Source: an uncultured Planctomycetia bacterium (GTDB lineage: Bacteria > Omnitrophota > Gorgyraeia > Duberdicusellales > 4484-171). From it: DNA of 61,849 nucleotides. Position numbers and translations under genes: made by a program. The notes beneath the pieces were generated by a model, which had not been told where the DNA came from, did no database searches, and saw only the letters and a program-made list of their open reading frames with translations. This document shows, one piece after another, positions 50,282 through 60,002 of this stretch (position 1 is its first letter; every line of letters begins with the position of its first letter). The stretch is from the NCBI GenBank assembly GCA_964605645.1, contig CAZSDJ010000003.1, positions 1 through 61,849 of the forward strand, read 5' to 3'.

Positions 50282-51055
50282 ATGAGAGAGAGAAATATAT
50301 TTACCAAAAACAACTGGCATACCTTCCTGGAACTGGCCCGTGCTAACTTTAAAGTTAATGACCGTAACTGTGTATTAGGAATTTTCTGGAGCCTTCTTGG
50401 GCCGGCAACACTTTTAGCTATTACGTATGTTATTTTCAGGATTCGTTTTGGCCAAGAGATTCGCGCCTACCCTTTGTATCTTTTAATAGGTATCATAACC
50501 GTTAGTTTCTTTATTACCGCAACCACATATTTGATAAAAATTTTTTTTCTAAACAGAGAATTAATTTTAAACTCAACCGTACCAAGAGAGATTATTATTT
50601 TATCTAACCTTTCGGTTCATACTTATAAATTTGTTATTGAACTGTTTATCTGTTTGGCAATAGCCGCCGTTTATAAAACGGTGGCATGGAAATATTTAAT
50701 TTTACTTGTGCCTTTATTTTTAGCTTTTCTTGGGTTTGTGTTAGGGGTAGGGATAATTCTCTCTTTACTTTTTTGTTTTGCCAGAGATATAGAACACATA
50801 TGGATGATTATTTCCCGGCTGTTGTTTTTTGCCACCCCTGTTTTTTACCGTATCCAAGAATTATCTTCCGGGGTAAAAAATTTAATATACTGGGGCAACC
50901 CCTTGACGCCATTTATGGTTTCTTTCCGCCAGATATTGATGACAAGCATAAATTTCGCTAACTATTTTTACAGCCTGGCTTTAGGCTTTCTATTTTTTAT
51001 TATTGGCTACCGGCTGTTTATTGCCTTTGAAGGGCCTGCAGCAGAAAGAGCATGA
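50282..51055 (+). CDS. ABC-2 type polysaccharide export permease (Wzm/TagG-like)
   Basis: Start at MRERNIF. Six hydrophobic segments. Followed by an overlapping ATPase gene. Confidence 0.7.
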   Translation: MRERNIFTKNNWHTFLELARANFKVNDRNCVLGIFWSLLGPATLLAITYVIFRIRFGQEIRAYPLYLLIGIITVSFFITATTYLIKIFFLNRELILNSTVPREIIILSNLSVHTYKFVIELFICLAIAAVYKTVAWKYLILLVPLFLAFLGFVLGVGIILSLLFCFARDIEHIWMIISRLLFFATPVFYRIQELSSGVKNLIYWGNPLTPFMVSFRQILMTSINFANYFYSLALGFLFFIIGYRLFIAFEGPAAERA

Positions 51056-51780
51056 GTGAAATTTTAATCAAAGCAGAAAAACTTTCCAAGCGTTTTTTGA
51101 CCTTTAGAAGAGAAAGGACTGCATTTCAATTGATAAATTCATTAATAAAGAGAAATCCGCTTCAAAAAGAATTGTGGGTACTGAAAGGCCTTTCTTTTTA
51201 TGTCAAAAAAGGGGAAAAATTAGCTATTGTAGGTAAAAACGGTTCAGGCAAAACAACTTTACTTAGAATACTGGCCGGTATCTACAGTAAAACTTCCGGT
51301 TTTCTTGAGGTAAAAGATAATCCGGAAGCTTTATTTAACTTTTGGACAGGGTTCAACGGTGAGCTTTCGGTGCAGGATAACGTCTATTTGTTCGGAGCAA
51401 TTCACGGGATTGGCCGCAAGGCCATGTCCGGGAAAATGGATAAAATACTAGAAACAGCAGGGCTTTGCCAGCAAAGGTTTTCCTTGCTGAAAGAACTTTC
51501 CGAGGGCCAGATTCAGAAAACAGCATTAAGTGTGTTTTTTCAGGTAGACAGCGATTTTTTAATTTTTGACGAAAATTTAGCTTTTATTGACAGGGATTTT
51601 GAAAAAAGATGCGAAAAGCACTTCCAAGGTTTATTTTCCCCTGATAAGACTGTAATTATGGCTTCGCACCGCAGCTGGTTTTTAAAAAAATACTGCCAAA
51701 AGGCTATCTGGCTTAATGAGGGCAGTATTCGCATGGAAGGTAAGACAGAGGATGTCTTGGCCGAATACCAATTAAGATGA
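51052..51780 (+). CDS. ABC transporter ATP-binding protein (Wzt/TagH-like)
   Basis: 242 aa. Walker A GKNGSGKTTLL, signature variant LSEGQ, Walker B LIFDE. Confidence 0.78.
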   Translation: MSEILIKAEKLSKRFLTFRRERTAFQLINSLIKRNPLQKELWVLKGLSFYVKKGEKLAIVGKNGSGKTTLLRILAGIYSKTSGFLEVKDNPEALFNFWTGFNGELSVQDNVYLFGAIHGIGRKAMSGKMDKILETAGLCQQRFSLLKELSEGQIQKTALSVFFQVDSDFLIFDENLAFIDRDFEKRCEKHFQGLFSPDKTVIMASHRSWFLKKYCQKAIWLNEGSIRMEGKTEDVLAEYQLR

Positions 51781-51864
51781 TTGGAGCTAAGCTCCAATCA
51801 ATTAGCTCCAATCAATACTGAGCGGCAAAGGGCCGAAGAAACGGATTCGCGGTAAGGGATTTCT

Positions 51865-52833
51865 ATGGAAACCAACCTCTCGATTATAATCGTCAATTAC
51901 AAGACCCGCGCTGTTCTCAGAGAATGCCTTGAGAGGCTTCGCGCCTCCGAAGGCAGTATCAAGAAGGAAACCATCGTGGTCGATAGCGCCTCATCTGACG
52001 GCTCGGCAAAGATGGTAAGGCGGGATTTTCCGGAAGTAATTCTTATCGAGAGCAAAAACAACAATGGCTTCGCCGCAGCAAATGCCGAGGGATTTAAAAG
52101 GGCGGCCGGAAAATACATATTACTTCTTAATCCGGATGTCTTCGTAAAAGAGGATACGATTCAAAAGGCGACGGAGTTTATTGACAAGAATTCCGAATGC
52201 GGTATCTTGGGGATAAAATTGTTTGAGAGAGACGCAAGCCCGCATATTTCCGGCGGGTATTTCCCGACCCCCGCAAGGCAGTTTTTCACTTATACCGGGC
52301 TTTCGCGCAGGTTTTCTTTTTTGAAAGGAATTGACTGCGTCAGGGATAAACGCGATGCTGTTTGCGAAGTTGACTGGGTGCCGGGGTGTTTTCTCCTTAC
52401 CAGAAGAAGCGTTATAGATGAGGCAGGGTTCCTGGATACCGCTTATTTTCTCTATCGGGAGGATATAGACTTTTGCCTGCGCGCGAAAAGGAAAGGCTGG
52501 AAGGTATTGTTTTTCCCTCGTGCCGAAGCAACGCATCTGCACGGCGAAAGCGCCAAAAACATAGGAAAGATTACGCCCGAGAGCAGAATGGCCGAGGATG
52601 TGAAGTTATCCAGCGAATTCTTCTATTACAGAAAAAACTACGGCGTTTTCTGCGTATTGGCGGATTTGTTTTTTGTCCTGTTGTTTGACGCGTCCGAGAT
52701 AATAAAAAAGATAATCTTACGCAAGGAAAGAATTAATATCGTAGAAAAAACTGAACATATAAAATTAGCGGTTAAGGTTCTGGCGCGGACAGGGCTAGGG
52801 AGGCGCTCGCTTGGCAGAAAAATATGGACGTAA
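51865..52833 (+). CDS. family 2 glycosyltransferase (rhamnosyltransferase-like)
   Basis: 322 aa. LSIIIVNYKT, VVDSASSDGS and NPDV. First gene of the GC-richer segment. Confidence 0.8.
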   Translation: METNLSIIIVNYKTRAVLRECLERLRASEGSIKKETIVVDSASSDGSAKMVRRDFPEVILIESKNNNGFAAANAEGFKRAAGKYILLLNPDVFVKEDTIQKATEFIDKNSECGILGIKLFERDASPHISGGYFPTPARQFFTYTGLSRRFSFLKGIDCVRDKRDAVCEVDWVPGCFLLTRRSVIDEAGFLDTAYFLYREDIDFCLRAKRKGWKVLFFPRAEATHLHGESAKNIGKITPESRMAEDVKLSSEFFYYRKNYGVFCVLADLFFVLLFDASEIIKKIILRKERINIVEKTEHIKLAVKVLARTGLGRRSLGRKIWT

Positions 52834-52835
52834 AC

Positions 52836-52976
52836 GAGGGGACGTTTCCCTCTGTTATAAGCCTTTGGGGGCCAAGGTGTTATAAAGTGGTGATTTCCAG
52901 ATAGTTGGTTTACCGGAAAACACCTGTTTGTAACTTATTGATAATGAGTGTGTTATAAACGAGGGAAATGTCCCCT
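52836..52976. repeat. ~140-bp element with terminal inverted repeats, copy 2 (inverted relative to copy 1)
   Basis: GAGGGGACGTTTCCCTC ... GAGGGAAATGTCCCCT. Its reverse complement aligns along the full length with 6116-6253. Confidence 0.7.
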
Positions 52977-52993
52977 TTGATGATTATATGTAA

Positions 52994-53608
52994 ATGAAAA
53001 TCGTAATGCGTAACTTTTTTAAAAAAATGATTGATATTACCGGTTCTGTTGTTTTGGCTTTTTTGAACCTGCCCTTATTGTTACTTTGCGCTTTGATTAT
53101 CAAGGCAACTTCTCCCGGGCCGGTTATCTTTAAACAAGAAAGAGCAGGGCTAAATGGCAAAAAATTTACTCTCTATAAGTTCCGTTCTATGATTTCCGGT
53201 GCGGAACAGAAACGGCAGGAGTTAATTGACCACAATATTATGGCCGGCCCGGCGTTTAAGATGGAGAACGACCCGCGAATTACGCCTTTCGGCAGGTTTC
53301 TCCGGCGTTCCAGTTTAGATGAATTTCCCCAGCTCTTAAACGTTATTAAAGGCCGGATGAGTTTGGTTGGGCCGCGCCCGCCCCTGCCGGAAGAGGTGGC
53401 GCGATATACTGACCGCGAAATGAGGCGCCTTTCGGTAAAACCGGGCTTAACCTGCCTCTGGCAGATAGAAGGAAGAAGCAATATAGGGAGTTTTGAAAGG
53501 TGGCTGGAACTCGACTTGCAATACATCGAGAACCAATCGCTTCGGCTCGATTTATTAATCCTTATTAAAACCATCCCTGTGGTGTTATTTAGAGTTGGCG
53601 CGCGATGA
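52994..53608 (+). CDS. sugar transferase (Bac_transf family, second initiating phosphoglycosyl transferase)
   Basis: 204 aa. PGPVIFKQERAGLNGKKFTLYKFRSM and LDEFPQLLNVIKGRMSLVGPRP. Confidence 0.85.
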   Translation: MKIVMRNFFKKMIDITGSVVLAFLNLPLLLLCALIIKATSPGPVIFKQERAGLNGKKFTLYKFRSMISGAEQKRQELIDHNIMAGPAFKMENDPRITPFGRFLRRSSLDEFPQLLNVIKGRMSLVGPRPPLPEEVARYTDREMRRLSVKPGLTCLWQIEGRSNIGSFERWLELDLQYIENQSLRLDLLILIKTIPVVLFRVGAR

Positions 53609-53628
53609 TATACCGGCAAAAGTAAAAG

Positions 53629-54405
53629 ATGAATAAAATAACAGAAACACTCATGGGATTACTGCGTTTTTCTAAGGATATGGACGAGGTAATAAGCTTT
53701 GTGGACGGGACATGCCGGGCCGAAGAAGGGCCTCCAAAATATCTTGTTACGGTGAATATGGATTATATAGCCAAATCTCTTAAGGATGCTTCCTTTAGGA
53801 AGACAGTGCTGGAAGCCGATTTGCGCTGCGCCGATGGCATACCGGCTCTTTGGCTTAGTAATTTTTTGAGAGCATCCCGTTGCGAGAAAGTGTCCGGCTC
53901 TGACCTGCTTCCGGAACTAGTGAACAGAAAGATGCCCGCAAAATACAAGGCGTGTATATTTGGGACGGTTGCCGAATCGGCGTTCGAGGCGCAGCGCCGT
54001 ATGAATGAAAACGGCGCCGGTTTAGAAATAGCGGAATATATTTCTCCCCCCTTTGCTTCCGTGGAGGAGTTGAGCGATGACAGGTATATAGACGGGATAA
54101 ATGGCTCAGGTGTGGATATATTGTTTTTGAGCCTAAGCGCCGAAAAGGCGATGTGGTGGATAAGCCTGAACCGGCGGAGGCTAAAAGTAAAACTCATCTG
54201 CCAAATAGGGGCAGCAATAGATTTCTTAAGCGGCAAAATAAAAAGAGCTCCTCGCTGGATGCAACGGGTAGGGCTTGAATGGCTTTGGCGCACTATGCAG
54301 GAACCCAGGTTATGGAGAAGATATTTGCACGATGGAATACTACTGGTATATCTTTTCTTCCGCTATATTTTATTATACAGGATTTCTCTGGCGAGAAACA
54401 AATGA
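53629..54405 (+). CDS. WecB/TagA/CpsF family (GT26) glycosyltransferase
   Basis: 258 aa. NMDYIA, ADGIPALW, and LEWLWRTMQEPRLWRRY at the C-terminus. Confidence 0.8.
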   Translation: MNKITETLMGLLRFSKDMDEVISFVDGTCRAEEGPPKYLVTVNMDYIAKSLKDASFRKTVLEADLRCADGIPALWLSNFLRASRCEKVSGSDLLPELVNRKMPAKYKACIFGTVAESAFEAQRRMNENGAGLEIAEYISPPFASVEELSDDRYIDGINGSGVDILFLSLSAEKAMWWISLNRRRLKVKLICQIGAAIDFLSGKIKRAPRWMQRVGLEWLWRTMQEPRLWRRYLHDGILLVYLFFRYILLYRISLARNK

Positions 54406-55628
54406 AAAAAATTGCATATATAACAACCAGTTTCGGCGTTCTCTCCCATACTTTTATACGCCGCGAAGTAAAGGAATTGAGGAAATTGGGGGTAGATATA
54501 TCCTTATTTGGGGTTCGCCCTAAGACAGCAATAGAGCTCTCCGAAGAAGATAGGGGTTTGGCGGGGGAAACTTTGTATCTTTACCCATTAAACATAGGCA
54601 AAATATTCTGCGCGCATCTAGTGTTTATGATAAAGAAGCCGCGTAATTATTTTAATACTTTTAAAAAGGCGTTGTTCAATGAAGAAAAAAACATATTCCG
54701 GCATCTTAAGTTAATTTATCATTTTTTTATATGCGCTTCCCATGCGCTGGATATGCAAAGAAAGAACATAGCGCATATCCACGCCCATTTTATTAATGTC
54801 CCGGCTACGATAGCGATGTATGCCGCCGGCTTCCTTGGGATACCATACAGTATAACCTTACACGCCGCAGGGACGAAAGGCCTTTCTTCGGTAGCCGCCC
54901 CGAGAGAGAAGATTAAAAGCGCAAAATTTTTATGTTCCGTCTCCAATTATAATATTGCTTATTATGATTCGGTATATCCCTGCAGGGATAAGATATTTTT
55001 GGCCCATTGCGGCGTTGGCCCGGATGATTACAGGTTTACCCCTAAGCGCAATCTGCCCGCGGAAGACGGTAAAATACGCTTAATTGGCGTCGGCCGGCTT
55101 GTAGAAAAAAAAGGTTTTATTTATCTAATAAAGGCGTGCAAAAATCTAACTGACGAAGGGGCAAATTTTGAATTAACCATTATAGGCGGCGGCCCCTTAA
55201 GAAAATTTCTTAAAGCAAGGACAAAGGAGTATAATTTAGAAGATAATATTGTGTTTAGGGGCAGTTGTTCCGAAGCGGAAGTTAAAAACGCACTGACAGA
55301 AAGCGATATTTGCATAGCCCCCTCCTGCGAGGCGGCGGACGGGGAGAAAGAAGGCATACCCGTGGTTATTATGGAGGCAATGGCTGCAGGGGTTGCGGTT
55401 ATCGCAACAGAACATTCTGGAATTCCCGAGATAGTAAAAAATAGAAAGACAGGAGTGCTTGTCTCCGAAAGAAATCCACAAGTAATTGCTGAGGCAGTTA
55501 AGATGCTGGCCAGAGACGAAAATTTGCGAAAAAGTTGCGCTGAAAATGCCCGCAAAATTGTAACCCAGAAATTTAATATAAAAGATATAGCGAAGTTAAA
55601 GAAAAGAATATTTGAGGAAAACATCTAA
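54402..55628 (+). CDS. family 4 glycosyltransferase
   Basis: Start at MKKIAYITTSFG (ATGA overlap). C-terminal EGIPVVIMEAMAAGVAVIAT motif. Confidence 0.8.
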   Translation: MKKIAYITTSFGVLSHTFIRREVKELRKLGVDISLFGVRPKTAIELSEEDRGLAGETLYLYPLNIGKIFCAHLVFMIKKPRNYFNTFKKALFNEEKNIFRHLKLIYHFFICASHALDMQRKNIAHIHAHFINVPATIAMYAAGFLGIPYSITLHAAGTKGLSSVAAPREKIKSAKFLCSVSNYNIAYYDSVYPCRDKIFLAHCGVGPDDYRFTPKRNLPAEDGKIRLIGVGRLVEKKGFIYLIKACKNLTDEGANFELTIIGGGPLRKFLKARTKEYNLEDNIVFRGSCSEAEVKNALTESDICIAPSCEAADGEKEGIPVVIMEAMAAGVAVIATEHSGIPEIVKNRKTGVLVSERNPQVIAEAVKMLARDENLRKSCAENARKIVTQKFNIKDIAKLKKRIFEENI

Positions 55629-56296
55629 ATGAACGAAAGAAAATTAAAAGTATTATTGATTATAGAGCAGTGTAACCCGGAATGGCCGTCCGTTCCCTTG
55701 GTAGGTTATAATTATCTTAATGAGATTAGTAAACGCACCGAGGCGACGCTGATAACGCATGAAAGGAACAAGCCCGCTTTAGAAAAAGTAAGATTAGGCC
55801 GCAAGTTTATTTATATACCAGAAAGCAGATTAAGCAAAAAATATTATCGGTTCGCTGCCTTTCTGGCAATAAGAAAGAGTACCAATTGGCCGCTATTGCA
55901 TACTTCAACTTTACAGGATGGACAGAACAATCCGAGACGATAAAATATTACAAAAAAGCGGATATTTTTTGTTTTCCCTCCGTGAGAGAATTCGGCGGAG
56001 CGGTGGTATTGGAAGCAATGGCGAGCGGGCTTCCTTGTATCATTGTAGATAACGGAGGAATCGGTGAGTATGTTACCGAGGGTATAGGTTTTAAGATAAA
56101 ACCCATATCCAGAGAACATGTGATAGGCGAATTGGCCGAAAAGATAAGCATATTGATTAATAATAAAGAGTTAAGAAGAAAAATGTCGGATAATGCCGTC
56201 AAAAAGGCGGAAGAATTCGAATGGGGTAGAAAGGCGGACAAAATTCTCGATGTATATGAGGAAATCCTGAAGGCAAAGCATGCCGAAAGCCGTTGA
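55629..56296 (+). pseudogene. family 4 glycosyltransferase broken by an internal deletion/frameshift
   Basis: A 104-aa N-terminal piece (55629-55943) and a 136-aa C-terminal piece (55886-56296, ADIFCFPSVREFGGAVVLEAMASGLPCI) lie in different frames. About 130 central residues of a normal GT4 are missing. Confidence 0.7.
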
Positions 56297-56397
56297 TATT
56301 TCAGTTATCATTCCATCGCACAATTCCGAACACACTATAGATTCATGCCTCAAGGCGCTTTCGGAAATAGAACATTTGTAAATGAAATCGATCAAAA

Positions 56398-57507
56398 ATG
56401 GAAAAACAGCTTAAAATATTTTTGGTTTCAAATATGTATCCAAGTGAAGGTTTTCCTTCGTACGGAATATTTGTTAAAAATGTTGAAACAGGATTGCAAG
56501 AGACAGGTGTTGAATTTCCATGCAAGGCTTTAATTAGAGGAAGGAGTAAAAATATTTGTATTAAGTTATTAAATTATTTCTGTTTTTATTTTCAAATTAT
56601 ATGGCGTGGCTTATTCTGTGAATATGATTTAATTTACATTCATTATCCGACTCATTCTATAATACCTGTTTATTTAATTAGCAGATTGAGAAAGAAAAAG
56701 ATTGTTGCAAATGTACACGGAAGCGATCTTTTAGAGGGAAAACTTATTACTCGGATTTTAAGAAAAATAACTAAACCGCTTTTTAGGGGGGTTTCTTTAT
56801 TTATTGTGCCGTCTGAATATTTTTTAGAGGTTATAATTAAAGTGCTTAACGCGCCCAAGCATAAAGTGCATATATCGCCCTCTGGCGGGATAGACGGAAA
56901 TACTTTTTTTAGGAAAGACAAAAAGACAGTAAGAGCTAAAATAGGAATGCAAGAGAGTGGTTTAATAATAGGTTATGTTTCCCGTATTGTTCAAGGGAAA
57001 GGATGGGATGTTTTAATAAGAGCCTTAGATCTTTTGAAGAAAAACAATACAGATTTTATTTGCATGATGCTCGGCGGTGGTGAGCAGGCAAATGAATTAA
57101 AAAAAATGATAAAGGAGCGTCATTTAAATAATCAGATTATTTATTTTGGTGAACAAACCCAGAGTAAACTTCCGGATTTTTATAATAGTTTCGATTTGTT
57201 TGTTTTTCCTACTAGAAGAAATGCAGAGAGTCTCGGTTTAGTAGGTATAGAGGCGATGATGTGCGGGATTCCGGTTATTGCTTCAAGAATGGCCGGGCCA
57301 GAAGGGTATATAGATGATCAAAATAATGGTTTTTTATTTGCACCCGGCGACCATATAGATCTTTATAAAAAAATAATTCACTATATTCAACTTGATGACA
57401 AGGAAAAACAAAGGCTGGAAAGTAATTGTATTCTTATGTCTCAAGAATTTAGAAAAGATAAGACCATCAGGAGCTTAACAAACAAATTAAGAGAAATTAA
57501 AAATTAG
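56398..57507 (+). CDS. family 4 glycosyltransferase
   Basis: 369 aa. ESLGLVGIEAMMCGIPVIAS. AT-rich, unlike its flanks. Confidence 0.8.
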   Translation: MEKQLKIFLVSNMYPSEGFPSYGIFVKNVETGLQETGVEFPCKALIRGRSKNICIKLLNYFCFYFQIIWRGLFCEYDLIYIHYPTHSIIPVYLISRLRKKKIVANVHGSDLLEGKLITRILRKITKPLFRGVSLFIVPSEYFLEVIIKVLNAPKHKVHISPSGGIDGNTFFRKDKKTVRAKIGMQESGLIIGYVSRIVQGKGWDVLIRALDLLKKNNTDFICMMLGGGEQANELKKMIKERHLNNQIIYFGEQTQSKLPDFYNSFDLFVFPTRRNAESLGLVGIEAMMCGIPVIASRMAGPEGYIDDQNNGFLFAPGDHIDLYKKIIHYIQLDDKEKQRLESNCILMSQEFRKDKTIRSLTNKLREIKN

Positions 57508-57769
57508 ATGAAATATAAAACTAAAATAATAAACGTAGCCGGTACGCGGCCGAATTTGGTTTTAGTAGCAGGCTTAAATTCTTCAGGAGCCTTAACCGGT
57601 TGCCTCAATGCTGTAAAAATGTTGATTATCCCAAAAAGATCAAGGTTATTTATGCCGAAAGGATGCGCGGCGGCCATTCTTTTGAGCCCGTTTATAGTTT
57701 GTTTGGGATTCCGGCGGGCGTTTATGAGTATATTTCTTAGAGCAGGCGTAAGCAGGAAGGGAGTATGCG

Positions 57770-58795
57770 GTGGAATTATTAAAACATCTGTTAAACCCTG
57801 AAAAAACATTCAGGCAAAAAATAAATCTTATAATTGCTTTAATTCAATTCAAATTGAAGATGCCGTATCTTTTGAGTTATCCGATTAAGTTGACAATAGA
57901 CCCGTCCAATTATTGCAATCTGGGCTGTGTGCTGTGTCCCGTAGGAACAAAAAGAGGGGGGCGGCAGCAATCCTTCATGAGTTTTGGCCTTTTTAAGAAA
58001 ATTATTGATGAATGCGGGCCGTATCTATGGGATATACACTTATTTAATTGAGGGGAACCCTTGCTCAATAAGGATATCTTCAGAATGATAGGGTACGCAA
58101 GCGGACGAAAAATTAATGTTATGCTCAATACCACACTAAGCCGCTTCGATGAACATATAGGCAATAGTTTAATAACATCCGGATTGGATACGTTGCTTAT
58201 TTCTTTAGACGGCGCTTCGCAGGAATCGGTGGAGAGATACCAAAAAGGAAATAACTTTACGCAAATTATTGATAACATAAAAGAGATGGTCGGCATAAGG
58301 GAAAGTCTAAAAAGCGGTTCCCCAAAAATCTATTGGCTTTTTTTGGTTAACAGACATAACGAAAGCGAGATAAAAAAAGCGAAGAAACTCGCCGGCGCCC
58401 TGAAAATAGACGGGTTAATAGTGGGTAAATTCAGGTGCGACATGGCTAAAGAGATTTTATTTGATAATAAAACGCAGTACGAAAATGTAAAATCATGGTT
58501 ACCCGAAGACGAAGAGTTATCGATGTATAACTATCGCGGGAAAAGAAAGAAAAATATTAAAAATTTCTGCAAAATACCATGGACGGAATCGGTAATAAAC
58601 CCGAACGGTTCCGTATCTCCTTGTTGTGCCGTATGGGAGGAAAAATTTGATTTCGGCAATATAAACGATTATTCATTTCGAGAGATATGGAATAGCGAAA
58701 AATATATAACTGCCCGCCGCATAAACAAAAACAATAATATGGTTACCAAAGGCCATATCTGTTACATCTGTAAGCAGAATAAGGCAGCTATATAG
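57770..58795 (+). pseudogene. radical SAM/SPASM-domain gene interrupted by one in-frame TGA
   Basis: CNLGCVLCP (CX3CX2C) in 57770-58051, TGA at 58049-58051, then GEPLLNKD and a Cys-rich C-terminus (CCAVWEE..., CYICKQ) in the same frame. Confidence 0.7.
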
Positions 58796-58927
58796 CCCTT
58801 TTTGATATTATTGAAATACTCAAAAGGCCGGCATTACGGAAGAGGCGCGTCAATATGATGGGTAAGTTCCGGCACATAGAACCGGCTTTCAGGGCTATGC
58901 CGATAACAGAATTCGGGAAAAAGTCAA

Positions 58928-59902
58928 ATGACCGATAAAAAATACCCTTCCATATCCTGCGTCATCATAGGCTTGAATTCCGGGCGGACGCTCGCAGGCT
59001 GTCTAAATGCAATAAAAAAAGCTGATTATCCGAATATTATCGAGATAATTTACGTTGACGGCGGCTCAAGCGACGACAGCGTATCCATTGCCCGAAACAC
59101 AGGAAGCGTTACAGTAATTGAATTAAATCTTGAGCGCCCCACCCCCGGCAGGCAGCGCAATGCCGGCTGGCAGGCAGCAAGAAGCGAATGGGCGCAGTTC
59201 TTAGACAGCGATACCCGGGTTGATCCGGCGTGGTTTCAACAAGCGGTTCAGGGTATTAATGATAGAACAGCCGCTGTTTACGGATACCGCAAAGAATTAT
59301 ACCCGGATAAAAACCGGTATCATTTTGTGGCGGACCTGGAATGGAATCTGGATAAGCGCAATTTCGGCGGCGATGTTCTCATAAGAAGAGAGGTGCTGGA
59401 AGAGACCTGTGGCTACAGGGAAGACTTGCGCAGGGGGGAAGACCCCGAGCTGGCCGTGAGGATAAGGGGAGAAGGCCATGTAATAAAAAGACTGCCGGTT
59501 CTCATGTGTCTGCACGACATTAACATGACAAGATTCACGCAATACCTCAGGCGTTGTTTCTTAAGCGGCTATGCGTATGCCGGGGCGTGCTTTCCGATGG
59601 CGAAAAACGGCTATTACAACTGGCTGAAGAGAGCCGCGAAAATAACCATTAAAACCGCAGGCGCGGTATTTTTTCTGGCAGCAGCCGTTATTTATAAGAA
59701 TATAAATTTCTTTTTCGCCGCTGTTATCCTTAATATTATGCCTATACTTAAAATACCTTTATTTAGAAAGCGCTATAAGCTGACGTTCAGAAAAAGCGCG
59801 CTTTATGCCCTGCATACTATCCTCTGGGCTTATCCGGCAGCGGCCGGGATTTTCAGGTATTATTTCGGGCGTTTGCTTAACAGGCCCTGGGGTGAAAATT
59901 GA
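58928..59902 (+). CDS. family 2 glycosyltransferase with C-terminal membrane segments
   Basis: 324 aa. ISCVIIGLNS, YVDGGSSDDS and LDSD. Confidence 0.78.
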   Translation: MTDKKYPSISCVIIGLNSGRTLAGCLNAIKKADYPNIIEIIYVDGGSSDDSVSIARNTGSVTVIELNLERPTPGRQRNAGWQAARSEWAQFLDSDTRVDPAWFQQAVQGINDRTAAVYGYRKELYPDKNRYHFVADLEWNLDKRNFGGDVLIRREVLEETCGYREDLRRGEDPELAVRIRGEGHVIKRLPVLMCLHDINMTRFTQYLRRCFLSGYAYAGACFPMAKNGYYNWLKRAAKITIKTAGAVFFLAAAVIYKNINFFFAAVILNIMPILKIPLFRKRYKLTFRKSALYALHTILWAYPAAAGIFRYYFGRLLNRPWGEN

Positions 59903-60002
59903 CGTTATGAAAACGGCAGTCATTGACTGAAGTATCAAGTTAAGCAAGAATTAAATAACATTTTTCAGCAGGTATTCTTAAAAACAAAAAGTACTATGCG
60001 GT

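Noticed and set aside
57508-57801. 97-aa ORF whose N-terminus (KIINVAGTRPNLV) recalls the GTRP motif of UDP-GlcNAc 2-epimerases
   Set aside because: The resemblance is limited to about 12 residues and the rest does not continue the family pattern. At most it is a short gene remnant, which is not enough to call.
58049-58051. Genome-wide TGA recoding (genetic code 4 or 25)
   Set aside because: TGA terminates several well-defined genes at the expected length (atpA, rpmH, ndk, sugar transferase 42545-43228, GT26). I saw no other in-frame TGA breaking a conserved gene.
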